Positions 25,860 to 40,151 of a stretch of DNA of 64,000 bases are shown here, piece after piece (the first letter of the stretch is position 1; every line of letters starts with the position of its first letter). The stretch lies in the NCBI RefSeq assembly GCF_036321535.1, contig NC_087472.1, positions 107,818,001 through 107,882,000 of the forward strand, given 5' to 3'. This DNA is from Camelus dromedarius. Its lineage: Eukaryota. The position numbers and the translations under genes were made by a program. Under the pieces are notes generated by a model. The model made no database searches. It was not told the DNA's origin and was given only the letters and a program-made list of their open reading frames with translations.

Positions 25860-26200
25860 ACTTTTAGAAACAACTTTACTCTGGTATAACCTGCAAACCA
25901 CAAAATCTTCCCATTTTATACGTATGATTCAATGATTTTTAGAAAATTTACTAAGTTGTGCAACACATAACCCAGTTTCAGCACATTTCCATCACTTCAA
26001 TCACACCCTGGGTGCCCATGAGCAGTCACTCCCCTTTCTTACCCGAACCCTAGGCAACCACTAATCCACTTTCTACCCCTATGGATTTTTCTGTTCTGGA
26101 CATCTGGTATCAGTTGAATCATACAACATGCTGTCTTTTATGTCCGCTGCTTTCACTTAGCATAGTGTCTTTGAGGTCCATCCATTACTTCCTTTTTCGT
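25860..26200 (-). mobile_element. Old LINE-1 3' UTR fragment
   Basis: aatcttcccattttatacgtatgattcaatgatttttag...ggcaaccactaatccactttcta...ttgaggtccatcca. Confidence 0.75.
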
Positions 26201-27649
26201 GCAAAACCTATCCAGCACTTGGGGATCGTATCTAGTGACTGCACACCACAGGTTAATGCTGGATTGGGTGTGAGGCTGGGAGAGGGAGAGAAAGCACAGA
26301 AGGTTCTCCACGAATCACTGTACCATGGCTGCTGCTTGACGTACCAGAACTAGGGATGGCAAACGCAGAAGCATGCATCCGTTCTCTCAACAGTATGCAC
26401 AGGGTGCGTGGCAGGCACCCCTGGGGGTGTCTGCCTGTCTCAAACCAAGCCTCTATTACTCTGGGAACCACAGATGGGATGTGAGAGGTCTGTAGTCCTC
26501 CTGAAAGCATATGCAAGCTCCTGTGTGCTTCCCTGTGTTCCAAAGCCAGAACCTCTACCTTGAGTCAGGTGTCCTGGGGGCCGTGATTCCACGGTGCTTT
26601 AGAATCCCTGCACTCCCCCCAACCTCACAGCACATCTAACAAGTCTGTCAAACGCATGAAGGATAAATGAACACCCACAAAAGAGAGATGTAGGAAAAAC
26701 TTACAAATATTAGGTTTCAACCATACAAACATCAACAATTTAATAATTCCAAAGACCAATGTAATAGAAAAAAGACATCAGTGGAAAAACTCGTGAAATC
26801 CAAATAATGTCTGGAGTTTGGTTTCTAGTAACGTATCAGGGTTGGCTTCTTAGTTCTGACAAATGTACTATGCTGATACAGGATGTTAACAACGAGGAAA
26901 ACGATCCACCTTTGAAACTTTTCCATAATTCTAAAACGTTCCAAAAGAGAAGCATATTCCACCAACCAACCAGCCGCTGGACTGTGCCCCTCCCATGCCG
27001 AGACCTCCTAAGGCGAACATGAAAAAAAGCCCACTCCAGAGAAAGCTGCACACTGGCAGCATTGTAACTGCAGTACTTATATAATCATCGATATCAGGGG
27101 CAATCCGAATGGTCAAAAACAGAAGAATATTTAATAAACAACAGTATAGCTGCTCAACGGCAGCCTACGCCCCAGCGAGACCGCCAGCGATGGGACCCAC
27201 AGGGCGACATGGGGTAGAAGTGCATAAGCGAGGCTGCCTTTGCTGGCTGCAAGTAACAGAACCCCCATCCAACGCACTTTAAAAGGTAAGGAGACCGTTA
27301 TTCTACATTTCATGTAAGAAAAGGCGCTATGGGCAGGCAGCTCCAGAACCTTAAACTGCCCTCCCACCCACCTCATCAAGGGTGCAGCCTTTCTACCCTG
27401 CCACCCTCGGCCTCGCAGCCAGCTTCCTGCTGATTTTTAAGGCAGCAACTTGCCTGCCCAGCTCCACGTCTAGGTGGAGACAGGACATCAATGAGCAGGA
27501 GTTACTTCCACGTAGGTCTCTGGGAACAAGGGGCTGTCTCCCCAGCCATGGCTGTCTCAGCTCTCCCCTCACAGTTCGCTGGACAGCTGTGGTTCATGAG
27601 CTCCGGCCTCGGCCAACTACAGGCCTAGATGCTCCACGACTGGCTTTGA

Positions 27650-27863
27650 GCAACCTCAGGCACTAGTGCCACTCGGGACCAGGGCATTTTGTTGTGGCAG
27701 GGACTGTTTTGTGCACCGCAGCACATCTGGCAGCATTTCTGGAGTCTACGCACTAGATATAAGTAGCACCCCATTCCCACCTCCAGCTGTGCCAATTACA
27801 AATGTCTCCAGGCATCGCCAAATGCCCCCTGGGGGCCAAATCGCCCCCACCTGAGACCCACTG
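27650..27863 (-). mobile_element. MER20 (near full length)
   Basis: gggactgttttgtgcaccgcagcacatctggcagcat...aaatgtctccaggcatcgccaaatgccccctggggg...gagacccactg. Confidence 0.88.
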
Positions 27864-28289
27864 GCTTACAGCAGTCAGGACTTCACCAGGAGCTGCACAG
27901 AGGATCACACTCCCTGAGTCAAGGGTGGCCACCCCAACAAAAGGGGGGGCTCTGGTAGCTGGCAAGAAAGCACTGCTCTTGAGAATTCTAGAATATACGA
28001 GAAAAACTAAGTGAACTACAGAAACACAAGATTATCATTATAAATAAATAAAACCTGTTTCTACATGCATAAACGTATTTAACATTTATTGAGAACCTGC
28101 TATATGCCAGGTACTGTATAGAAAAAGCAGAATAAAATGTAAATAAGTGACTCAAAGGAAAGGAAATTAAAATTTAAAAACTGTAACTAGATCTCTGCTT
28201 GGTTCCTTCATTTTCCAATTTCCTTTTTTTCAAAACTTTTTTATTTTGTAATAATTATATATTCATAGAAAGTTGGAAAGAACAACACA

Positions 28290-28462
28290 GGGGTTAGGGG
28301 CGCCCACCCTTCAGGAAGTCAAAAATCCCTGTATAACTTATAGTCACCCCTCTGTATCTGCGGTCCTTTTGTATCCACAGTTCTGTGCTGTAATATTTAC
28401 AATTGAAAAAAATCTGGTGGATCCACACAGTTCAAACCCAAATTGTTCAAGGGTCAACTGTA
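28290..28462. mobile_element. Tigger3-family MITE
   Basis: ggggttaggggcgcccaccc...gtcaaaaatccctgtataact...cagttcaaacccaaattgttcaagggtcaactgta. Confidence 0.7.
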
Positions 28463-28749
28463 GTGTTAATTCACTCAGTGTTTAAATGACCTAATCAGCT
28501 TTCCCTGGTTGTCTTATGACACTTAGATATAGATGCAACATCCTCTCGCAGGGTAAAGAGAAGTCTCTACCGAGGGTTCCTTGACGAAAGGGTTCCCCGC
28601 TGCATTTCATGATTCCGAGCCCCTTCTCTCTAGTTGGCTAGACTTCCCCTCGGGGTCTTCTTATCCTGTGTCCTCCGCCCCGGGCTCCCATCCACCCTAC
28701 CCCCAGTGACTAATAGAGACCCTGATTAGACTCCGTATTCTCCTAAGAT

Positions 28750-29085
28750 CAGAGGTCAGCAAACATTTTCTGTAAAGGGCCAGACAGTAAATATTTCCAG
28801 TTTTGTGGGCCATGTGGTCTCTGTCCAGTGACTCAACTTTGTCGTTATAGCACAAAAGCAGCCACAGACAATAAACAACTGCACCAGCGTGGCTGTGCGC
28901 CAGTAAAACTTTACCTATGGACACTGAGACTTGAATTCCACAGAACTTTCACGAAATACTATTCTTCTTTTGATTCTTTTTCAACCATTTAAAAATGGAA
29001 AACCCATTCTTATCTGGCAGGCTGCACAAAACCAGGTGGCCAGCTGGATTCAGCTTGTAGGCTGCTATTTGCCAACCCCTGTCCT
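28750..29085 (+). mobile_element. MER58B
   Basis: cagaggtcagcaaacattttctgtaaagggccagacagtaaatattt...tttgccaacccctg. Confidence 0.88.
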
Positions 29086-29639
29086 AAGATCTCCTGGGCC
29101 AGCCATCACATCTGGGAAACAGTTTACACTCAGCAAGCATCAGTTCGTCAACTGACCAGTATTGTTGTTCTCGTTGTACATGTAAGAGAATCCAGCCATA
29201 AGGCAATCTAGGGACTGCGTGGTGGCATGGCGCAGGCGCAGGCGCAGGCGCGGACCTGGCCCCTCCGCATCCTCTGATGTCAGGGATGCCCCACCCCCTG
29301 GCAGCAGGCTGGGGACTGCTGCAGTGTTACCCTATTATTTTATATAGGTTCTCTTTGTTTCCCCAGCTGCATTTTCATCTCCTTGAGGAAAAGGGCTAGG
29401 TGATGTTAATTATGTGTTAGCCTCCATCACACCTGGCACAGACGGAGCATCTGGATTATTAAAAAGCCTACCACATATTAGTTTTTGGCTTTCCTGTCCC
29501 TAATGCTAAAAAGAAATGTGAAATATTTTATACTTCTCTCTTTCTCGAAGTAAGAAACTAAAAGCTACATTAAGTGGATCTCTTTTCTTTGACCCTCAAC
29601 TGATTTTTCTTAAAGGGTGACAGCTGCTCCCATGGGCAA

Positions 29640-30150
29640 AGTTCACACGGCTGCCCTCAGGATCACATGACAGTGTGTCCTCTGCATTAAACCAAAAGCA
29701 AAAGCACAAAACCAGATCCCTACAATGTGGATGAACCTCAACATTAGGCAAGGTGAAAGAAGCCTGACACAAGAGGCCGTGCGTGTGTGTGTGTGTGTGT
29801 GTCCTATATGAAATGTCCACCTATATGCAATGTCCAGAACAGGCAAATGCACAGAAACAGGCTGGTGGCTGCCAGGGCTGGGGGAGGAGGGATGGAGAGT
29901 GACTGCTTCATGAAAACAGAGTTTCCTTTGGGGTGAGAGAAATGTTTTGGAACGAGGTAGAGGGGGTAGTTACACAACACTGGTAATGAACCAAATGCCA
30001 CTGAGTTGTTTATCCTAGTATGAGTTATTTTGTTATGTGATGTCTACCTTCAGCAAAAACAAGTTTTTTTAAAGAATGGTGGTAGATCTGTATATTCTGA
30101 CAGTGGAAAGAGCACCAAGACATACCATTGAATGAAAATGGTTAAGTCAC
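29640..30150 (+). mobile_element. L1MC/L1MB-type 3' UTR
   Basis: aatgtggatgaacctc...aaagaagcctgacacaa...cctttggggtgagagaaatgtttt. Confidence 0.7.
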
Positions 30151-32249
30151 AGAAAAAAAAAAAAAAAAAAAACCCGGCAAGATCCCATTTACGTAAACTA
30201 CCAAAACAAAGGTCTAGGCTTATGCACATATACTTAGGTAGAGGCACAGAGAAGGACACACAGCAAGCCTTTATAACACTGGTTCCCTGGGAAAGGAGCA
30301 GGTGGGATTTTCTTACATTCTGCTTATTTCCAGTGTCCTTCTCGCATAGCAAGAATGCTTCACGGCTGCCCCACATAACAGAAAAACACCCCTGGTCCCT
30401 GTGGGCCTGAACATTTGAAGGGCATCCACAGTCAGTAGCGCGCACACCTCTGTATCAGAGCACAGCACCAACCAGGACTAGAGCGGGGTCTGCAGGAGAG
30501 AAGCATAGCTGGCTGCAAAGAAAAACTCAACCAGGCAGCTCTCTGGTCGCCAGGATGTTGAACAATTAATTTTTACTGTTTTTCACCCCTCTGGCTGCAT
30601 CGATCGGTTGATCAATCACACAAAGTGCATTAAGCTTCGTAAATGAGTACAACAGGTCTCAGAAGGGCTGCCTGCCAGGACAGATCACCCCCTCTTTAAA
30701 AACTTTCTCTCTTAGAAGTAGGCCAGTGTGCATGAGGGGCATTTCCGGACAGAGGGAGAATGGAGGGGAGAGTGTGAACACAAGCGGCTGCAGCCAGACC
30801 ATCCCTGAACTGCCCTCTGAATGCCAGGTCCCATCCTGGAGATGGGAGCCCAGCAAGCTGGCTGGGTGTGACCCTGGCCTCGTCCCTGACCTGCCAGGCA
30901 AGGTCTGCCAGTCGTCCTGGGCTAGAAGTCTAAAACTCCCCCATTCCAAACCCCCCTGAGTTTCATCCAACATGTCCTTCTGTCCCAACGTAACTAACAC
31001 TTCCAAAAATTAACAGACACCCAGGAAAAGGGGCAGGAGACATTTTTCAAGAAAGACAGGATGCGCACCTCCCAAGCAGTATGCTGTATAAGAGCTATAT
31101 GTTACAATTTTAAAATGCCAAATGCACAGCGACAGAATTGAAAATATCCATCTAAGAGCAACATCGTCTGACTATACTGAGTAGTGACATCATCATTAGA
31201 AACAGGAATGTATTCCAGGCTCAAATCAGGGACTAGAAATTGCCAGAGAAATTTACACGTAGGGGATAGAGGTAGAGGAAGGGGGCTGGGGAAGGGGGAT
31301 GGGAGAGGGCATCTTAAATTCGTGTCTACAAAAGCACCCTGTTCTCCTGAATTTTTTTCATTTAATTCTCTGAAAAGTTAATATAGCCACATGGTTCAAA
31401 AAGCAAAAGGGAGAAAAGGACATATTGCCCACACCGGCTCTAGCTTCACGGTCCCGCCACTAACTCCCCCAAACAGGTACACAAACAAATCCCGTACTAA
31501 CAGGTTTGAAGAGACAGTCACGCCTCTCTCTGAAGGCACACAGTGGGCCCATTCTACCCCTGCACAGACTGGGGGCTTCTGCCTTGGTCCTCCAGGCCGG
31601 TGGCTTTCCAAGCTCACTGCAATGCAACACAGTGCTCTCCAGGCGAACAACTCAGGCCACCTTAGAGATCGGGACACAGGTTCTACACACAGCCCCCTCA
31701 CTTGTGAACTCTGGCCACCACCCGCACTGGCCCCAGATACGGGAGGAAACCAAAGCTCAAAGAGGTTAGAAGCAGGTGCAGCCAGCCAAATGACAGCCAG
31801 GACCTGAATGCAGGTCTGTCCAGGTGGTCCACAGGACGAGCGCGGCTTCTCCTCCTTCAAAATGAAAGATGACCATCTTTGTCCAAAATGCAGAGAAATC
31901 TGAATACATGCATCAAGTCTTCCATGTTGAGAGTCCCAGCTCCAAGCCTGTTAAACATCAGCACCCCCTGTATCTCACTTGTCCACTAGCCCTGGCACAA
32001 AACTGGGACTCTGGGCTACACAGTCATCTCTAGGGGAGCTTAAAACACCGGGTGGCCTGGCCCAAGTGCAGAGGGTGCCAGATTCCCAAAGCTCCAGGCC
32101 AGCCTGACTGTGCACAGCTCCAGAGGAGAAGCCCGCTCCTAGTTATCAAGGAGCCAAAACAAGTGGCAAACAAACGAGAACAGACAACAGCTGATCCCAG
32201 TCAGCCCGAGACCTCGTTTTGTTCACTGAGTACACAAGGTCATGTTTAC

Positions 32250-32790
32250 ATTTTGACACTGCAAACATATGAACGGTCATTCTGTGAGTAAAACAGCTGG
32301 GAGTTGACATAATGGAATTAAAGACAGGGCTATTTCCCATATTCTGCAGGGAGCATCTGCACAGGGACGGCACTTCAGGGCAGCTTCCCAAATGCGGTGG
32401 AGCCACACCAGGGAACACTGGCGATGAAAAGGAACGGAGCACCGACCCACGCTGCCACATGGACAAATCTCGAAAACATCATGCTGAGCAAGACAGGCCA
32501 GACTCGGAAGGCCACAGACTGTAGGACTCCATGTATGTGGAATGTCTAGTGCAGACAAATCTCTAGAGACAGAGAACAGATCTGTGGTTGCCAGGAGCTG
32601 AGGGAGATGGAGAGTTACTGCTATTGGGTACAGGCCTTCTTTGNNNNNNNNNNNNNNNNNNNNNNNNNNNNNNNNNNNNNNNNNNNNNNNNNNNNNNNNN
32701 NNNNNNNNNNNNNNNNNNNNNNNNNNNNNNNNNNNNNNNNNNNNNNNNNNNNNNNNNNNNNNNNNNNNNNNNNNNNNNNNNNNNNAATAA
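32250..32790 (+). mobile_element. L1MC/L1MB-type 3' UTR (partly N-masked)
   Basis: catggacaaatctcgaaaacatcatgctgagcaaga...gagacagagaacagatctgtggttgccagg. Confidence 0.75.
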
Positions 32791-33411
32791 TTTTCAGGAC
32801 AAATCCAGGTAACCTGGACATTTAGAGGCCTCCCCACACTGGAGACAGGCACCTTTCGCCAGGACAGAGCTCCAGTGGCAGAAACAGTTCACGTCCTGCA
32901 GTGGCCATCCGGCGTCCTGCCTGAGCTCCAGGCAGCCTGGAATGTCACCGTCACCACGGTCATGCTCCATGTCCTGACGGCACTGAGGCTGGCTCACAGG
33001 AGCCTCCCAGGAGATCTGAGCCTGGCTCAATGTCCCACCACCCGCCGGCGGGGGCTTGTCACCCAGGGATGGGACCAGCCAGCTCCATTCCTCCTTCCCT
33101 CTCCCCGACTTAGCCCCTTGAGCGTCAATAAAAAGAGGATGCTTCAGATGGAAAACACTTAAGATTCCACAGCTCCATAAGCAGCTTTTCAAGATGCCCT
33201 TGCCCTGTCTTTCTAGAGCTTCTGAGCAAAGGCAGAGGCAGCCCTCACCCCAGTGGCTCCTTCATTCACAGAAGGGATGGAGATGTCTCGGGGCATCTCA
33301 GGCAGCCCGCTATCCGCCCCCCTCCCCAGAAGGCCAGGCCAGCTCTGAGTTAATGCAGAACACTGCAGAACATTGACGTGCTAACGGACTCACTGTCTTC
33401 CACTCCACTGA

Positions 33412-33453
33412 GTGTGTGTGTGTGCGCGCGCACGTGTGTGTGTGTGTATACAC
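33412..33453. repeat. Alternating purine/pyrimidine tract (TG)n(CG)n(TG)n
   Basis: 42 bp of uninterrupted alternation, read directly. Confidence 0.9.
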
Positions 33454-33737
33454 TTGACATTCAGTCACTACCTACTGATTGATAATATTCTACAAATGGA
33501 AGAATACATCCATACTACTTTCCCAAAGTTTCACATACTGGTATTACTATTTGCACAGTTAGCAAATTCAGGCTTTTTCACATAAACATGTTTAACATCT
33601 ATTCTTCATGGAAACACAGAAAGCAGGCCTCTGTGGCCTTACGCTCTATTATGTAACATCACAGTAACTGTCAATCCGCTCGAAACAAATTCAGCTCCTA
33701 AACACGAACCACTGCAACCAGGTAGGAAGAAGCAGTT

Positions 33738-33949
33738 CAGTGGTTCCCAATAAGGCCATCTGGCCCCACAGTGGACACGTGGCAACATCCGAAGACACTC
33801 TGGGTTGTCACAACATGGAGGGGGTGTTACTGGCAGGCACAAGGTAGAGACCAGGCGTGCTGCTAAGTACCCTACGCCACACAGGACAGCCTGACAGTAA
33901 AGAACTACCCGCCCCCAAGTATTTACAGGGCCGAGGCTAAGAAACTCTG
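33738..33949 (+). mobile_element. MER20 (near full length)
   Basis: cagtggttccca...gggttgtcacaac...gctgctaagtacccta...gccgaggctaagaaactctg. Confidence 0.85.
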
Positions 33950-34635
33950 GTCTAAAGTAACACCTGCCCAGTTTGCATACCTGTTTAGGACACTGCCTAT
34001 CAGCAACACAGTAAGTTAAATGACTCAGCATGCCTCTCTATGTAACCAAGTCACTGAACACGCACCATCACCAGCAACGGTGGCAAAAACAGTGAAGGCT
34101 TAGGAGTGGGGTTAATAGGAGGCCTCCAGGTTGGCCCCAGGTGAGTCTCAGCTACTCCTAAGGTGTCAGAAAGAGTCCTCTGATCCACTACCCTCCTGAT
34201 TTCACCTGACTTAATTCAAGCAACAGCTAAGTCCTGGGCAATCCTGTGCAATGCCTGTTCCCGTCACAATTTCTCTGCTTTATAATTGCTGGCTTTTCTA
34301 GCCCTAGTGCCCCGCATGTGTCTTGCTCTGGCCCATGACATCCATGAAAACCTCCGACAGTTTCCAACTGGCCTCTTCTCTTGGAAATCCACCCTGTCCG
34401 TCACCCATATTTGGCTAGCTCATCAAGTGTGACTTGGTGCCTAACGTGAGTGAAACTCCAGGCTCAGTCCACAAGGAACAGGACTCCGAGGGGTGTTGTG
34501 AGGAGCCCAAGAAAACAGATGTAAAAGGCTTAAGACAGGACCCCCGAAGCACCCAGCAAACATCAGCCAGCGCGGCTGTTCTCAGAGACACCAAGCTGAC
34601 CGGACGCTTCCATCCTCTCTGGGAAAACAGCACAT

Positions 34636-35110
34636 GGGTGTATTCGTTTCCGACTGCTGCTGTAATGAACTNNNNNNNNNNNNNNNNNNNNNNNNNNNNN
34701 NNNNNNNNNNNNNNNNNNNNNNNNNNNNNNNNNNNNNNNNNNNNNNNNNNNNNNNNNNNNNNNNNNNNNNNNNNNNNNNNNNNNNNNNNNNNNNNNNNNN
34801 NNNGAAAAACCCACTTCCTTGGCTCTTCCAGCCTCTAGAGGCTGCCTGCATTCCTTGGCTCACAGCCACATGGCTCCAACAACTGCTTCTGCTGTCGTGT
34901 CTCCTTCCGACTCTGACCCTCCTACTTCCCTCTTATAAGGACTCTTCTGATTACACTGGGCCCACCCAGATAATCCAGGATGATCAACTCATCTCAAGAT
35001 TCTTTACTTAATCCCACTTACAAATGTCATTTGTCATGGAGGGTAACTTATTAACAGGTTTCCAAGACTAGGACATGGACATCTTTGGCGGGCCATTATT
35101 CTACCTACGG
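34636..35110 (-). mobile_element. MaLR LTR, MLT1B/C-like (partly N-masked)
   Basis: tgtattcgtttccgactgctgctgtaatgaac...cttccagcctctagaggctgcctgcattccttggctc...ggacatggacatcttt. Confidence 0.8.
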
Positions 35111-38100
35111 GACGGGGGGAGGGGGTGTTAAATATCAAACAACAATGAATGCAAGATAAAAGTAACAGGTGGGTATAACACAGTACAAGGGCACACAGTT
35201 ACCTAGCCAGGGGAGGGTCAGGTACAGGTAGTGGACCTGGGCCCAACTCTGGAATCGGACTGACGCTACTCCTGTTGGCGATGGGAAGCGAGCTTACTAA
35301 GTCAACCCCCGACCTCAGTTCCATCACCTGTCCACCTTCAGTTCCTGCAGCCTTTGTGGGTCCTCGGTGAGAGCATCCACGCAAGTGTCTAGAGTGCTTG
35401 ACACACGATAAGCACTGCCCGTACGTCCCATAACCAAGGGGTCCAAGCAAGGAGACAGTTGGGGGCAGGAACAGCATGGTGAGGCCTTGGGGAAAAGGAC
35501 AGAAGCTTGTGTGAGCCACACGGAGGCAGGCACCTGTCTGCTGGGGCTCAGTCACTGGAGTCCTGAACCCTGGAAGAGTGCCTGAGACAGAGAGGCTGTG
35601 GAACAGTTACTAAACGAAAGGATGACTGAACAGGGGCAGCATGCTTAAAACTGAGTAGGGACTGGGCAGTTGGGCGGCATACTGGACAGAGCACAGGATC
35701 AGGGTCAGACTCTGCTCAAGTCCCCGTCCTGCCAGCAGCCAGTGGGACACACCCCTGGGCTGTGGCCCTCCAGGGCAAGATGAGGAGCGTGAAGGAGACA
35801 GCGCCGGCTCTTTCAACCCCAAAGCTGTAGGGCTCAAGCGACGCGTGGTCTTGGCCGAGTCGGACCTGCCTTACACGAAGAAACTGACCGGAGCCTTCTT
35901 TTACTCCAAACACTGCCAGCACTTCCTCACCTCCAGCACCTGTCTCGCATTCCCCTTTCTCATCCCCAGCACTGAGAAAGCACGAGAAATAATGGACCTA
36001 CGAGATGACAGACAAGGATCTGGAACCCCCAGGCTCCACTGAGCTCTCCTTTTCTCAGAAGCTCCCACCGCCTCATAAAGGTGCCTGGTGACCGTCACGT
36101 CTCCATTTTACGTTCATCTCCCATCTCCCAGTCAAATTTGGTCTCCAGCTACCGTCCCAACACATAGGAAGCCAAGAATCTATAAATATTCCTTCATTTT
36201 ACTGGCTCTGAATGGGAATAACTGAAGTCAGTAGAATTTAGCTCTGCTTCTGTGCCATCAGATTAATTTTACTGAATTTACTGGAAAGGCAGTCAATTAG
36301 CAAAAGGAGCCAGGCTGAAAGCTCATCCAGCTCACCATGTGACCTCTAACATGTCACTTGACCCAAGGGTTTCTGCAACAGAACCTACCAGAGAAGGTGA
36401 AACACATAATTTCCACTTCGAAAATCACAGTGAAAGAGAAGAAAAGGAAACTAAGATTTCCAAACATCCAGGAGCTATTTTTGGAAGTGAACAACTTTTC
36501 CACTTTTCTTAAAGAAAAAAAAAAGATACTAGACCAAGAATAAACCAAGAAGTGGCTGTTGATAATCTAGATGGAAGACAATTCTTACAGGAGCCCACCC
36601 TCTATGGCCTTAAAAGCAAGACATTCCCCCATGTATATGCAAACACTACCTATAATCTTAAAGAATGAAAAATGGAGAAATCATTATCTGTTTCTCAGAA
36701 AGTTTATACAATCCCAAAATAGACTCTGCAAGGTAAATATAGTCAACCTCCTATTAATTAACACTGAATAAAGGTTCCAAGAAGGTGGCAATGATGTCAT
36801 CTGGACCTGTTATGTGGGGCTCCAACCTGGCAAATTCTGGAACCATGGCCTGTTTTCTGCTTAAAGCAAAGGACTTTTAACATAGCACAGAATTCCTCCA
36901 TGTGGCACAAATCAAATCCCATCTCGTGAACAAATGATCCCTAAAAGTTTTTGTCATGACATAATCTGGGCCTTCTACCATCATGCAGATCATTTCTACT
37001 CTGCTTTGATCTTAAACGGGATATGGCCCACCATTCTTAAACTGCTAGAGGTTAGCATTCCCAGTATTATACAATCCCAACTGAGCTATCGGGAACAGAA
37101 CATGAAGTTTCAATCGCTCAGTCCATCTACAGGATAGTCTCTGCACAGCCCTGCAAGAAGCAGACATATACACAACTGTCAAAGGCACTGCATTTTTCCA
37201 AAGGAGGCCAAGAAGTTCTTCCCATATTTTCCACCTAAGTGGTAAATAAATACCTTTTCATACAGTGGCCGTTGAACTCTGAGTTAATATACATAGAATA
37301 CCTATGTGCCACTAATGTCCACACATGACTCACCCACAAGAAGCTACCAGCCATAGAAATGGTGAATTAACTATATATTTTTTAACAAAGCTTTTGGGTA
37401 TGATCCCCAGAAAACTATGAAAATTATATGCACAGTACTGATCTGCAGAGATAGTGAATTTAAACCTAAGGTGGGTATATAAACTAAAGAAATTCTGTTT
37501 TGAAAATACTGAGATTTTGTACATATCTGTAGCCACATTTGTAAAGATGTTTCCTTAGGTTTGCAACCTCTTTGTTGTAACTTGAAAAAGAAAGTACAGC
37601 TACGATAATTCACCAACGTGCCCTGAGCCAGCAATATCGAACGTTGCTAAACACAACATGGAAGGGAATTACTATAAAATTCTAGAAGAGATTGTTTACA
37701 ACCCTTGGCCCTCAGTTAACTTGCTTACAGCAGAATATTTTATGCTATTGTAGTTTTAATAAATTATATATGAAATGATATTTTAAGTCAGCAACAATTT
37801 TCACCTCATCTACTACCTTTATCTCTTCCTCCATAACTTCATTTTCTTTAAAAACCTATTTACTTCTTTGCCTCTCCTGTCAGTTCTCCATTTGGAAGCT
37901 GTTTGGGGAAAGTCCTCATTTCTTGAACACTGCTTTCCAGTCGTGTGAATCAAACGGGACTCAAAAAGGATTTTAACTGTCAGATGCACATGGAGAAAAT
38001 GTGGTGTCCCGACACACAGCTTTTTCCACGCCATAAAAATCAATCACTTTAAAGGATACTTTAAAGGATAACCAGTCACCTATAAAAAATTGTCAGGGCT

Positions 38101-40151
38101 CTGTTCTGAAAGAAAAAGAAGAATGACTATTACACCATTTACACCCTTCCGTAGACACCACTTAAATGTTTGTGGCTTGCTGAACATTCCATACATATTT
38201 CGGGCAAGGTATTCTGGGAGCTGAAGTGCAAGCTGTCCCCTGCTGAATTTTCACTCACTATAAAAACAATGTCTCATAAAAATATACACGTTTTTACTTT
38301 ACCGAAAAATGTAAAATATCCACTTTTGTTCACTCGATCAACACTTTCAACACTAGAAACAGGACTTGTTAAAAATCTATAACATAAGTGATGCCTGAAA
38401 AGGGTGAAAATGTCATTCAGTAACCCAGATTTCTGGAAAGAGGGACATAGGAAATGTGTATGAAACACAGAGAAAGGAAGATTCTACAAGCTGATTTCTG
38501 TAGGGTCTGCTCACCTATGACTTGGGTTGTACCATTAAAAATGGAAATTCTTACATGTATACTTCTCATCACGAATCCCCGCTTCCATGTAACCACAACT
38601 GTTTTATATTACCCTCATAAAATGAGTCTCAGCCTTTTCTAAGCAAAACAGTATTTTTAATTGGTTCATTTTCCAGTTGTTTGGATTTTTGACAGACACA
38701 TAGCACAAAAGGGCACCACACTCCAAGCAGCTCTACCAACTCCAGAACCTTCTAAGGCTTGATCAGACAGCTGTGGCTCTAGCCTTTGGTTAAAATTATA
38801 ATATGATCTCACCTGATTTTCAAAATAACTAAGCATCTTATTAAGCCATAAAAGTGTGCTATCATTTATCTAAGTTTCTGAGTGCAGAAGTTTGCAATGT
38901 TCCAAGATACTGTTAAGGAATCATGACCCTTTTGCCTTTCTTTGTTTTTCCCCATCTGAACCCAGAGAAATCTTCAAACAATAATTCAGCAGCTTCCGTC
39001 CTCAAAAGCTGATTTTCAAGCGCCAGTGCCATGCAAGCGCTGCCTTTCCTGTACAGGTAGGAGGAAGCAGGAGCGATGTCACCACGCTGGGCCCTTTTCA
39101 AGTCTTAAAATCACTGGGAAGCTTGCAGTATTTCCTTTCTGGCACTCAGGCCCACCGTGGAAAGAAGCTGCTCCAGACAGGACAAGATATCAGATAATCA
39201 CTGGAAACGCTCGGTTTCAACAGAATTCCAACTCCACAAAAAAAATGCATCTCTACAAAAGCAGTTGACCCACTGAAATCAGCAGACTATCGAACAAAAA
39301 GTTAAGGAAAAACGTCATTACGTGAATTTAATTCATCTCAATCTGGTAGTGCTTTTAGAAGACTCCCTTTTTCACTCCATAGGATTTACTTACATGAATA
39401 ATACGATAATGTTCTCTTCGTATGTTGCACAAAAAGGGCACCTAAAATACAACTTTTGTTTTCCATTTATCCCAAAAGCATATGGGTCTAATCAGTCCAT
39501 TCTGGCCAGAGTACACAAGGCTATTTCCGTCAGAATTGTAACTGAGTTTTTAAGGCGCTAAAGAGTAACCATCACAGTTTGATGGTTACCCCTAAAGAAT
39601 CGGGAATCCCTGAAGTGTCCCATCTGGCACAGTCTTCGAATGGAAATAAGGCTGAGCCAGCCATACAAGGAACCCACACCACGAAGCTGGGGCTCAAGTT
39701 TGTGCACCCAGATGACAGCTCATCTGGCCACCGCGGGACCGGGGGCGCCTGTGGGGCCACAGCCGGGGGCGGTGGGCCACAGAGGCCCAGCAGGGATGGG
39801 CGAGGCCGTGGCGGAAAAAGGAAGAGAGGGCCATCCGTCAGCCTCTGGAGAGGAAATTCCAGGCGCCCAGCTCCCAAGGCATCGGTCAGCGGGTGATACG
39901 AGGGGACCAAGTCAGAGTGTCCGCCCGCGGTGGAGGCCGGAGAAGCGGGGCTCCGCAATCCGGGGCCTCGAGGCCGGGAGAGGGTTCGCCTTGATTCCCG
40001 GCCAGGGCCCGTGGGATGGGGGCGCACGGATCCTCGCCCGGGCCCCGGGGACGCACGATCTTCGCCCAGACCCAGAGGCCTCCCGGTGTCCTCTCCCTGG
40101 GCCCGAAGGATGGGGCGCCCCAATCCCAGCCCGGGCCCGCGCCCCCCTTAC

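Larger units (their letters stand above)
2302..40151 (-). other. WWC3: WWC3 intron 1 (37,850 bp, GT-AG)
   Basis: Bounded by the exon 1 donor and exon 2 acceptor with compatible phase; the two peptides are contiguous in WWC family proteins. Confidence 0.9.

Noticed and set aside
39565-39589. Perfect 10 bp inverted repeat GTAACCATCA-cagtt-TGATGGTTAC
   Set aside because: Roughly one such stem is expected by chance in 64 kb; half-site orientation does not fit an RFX X-box.
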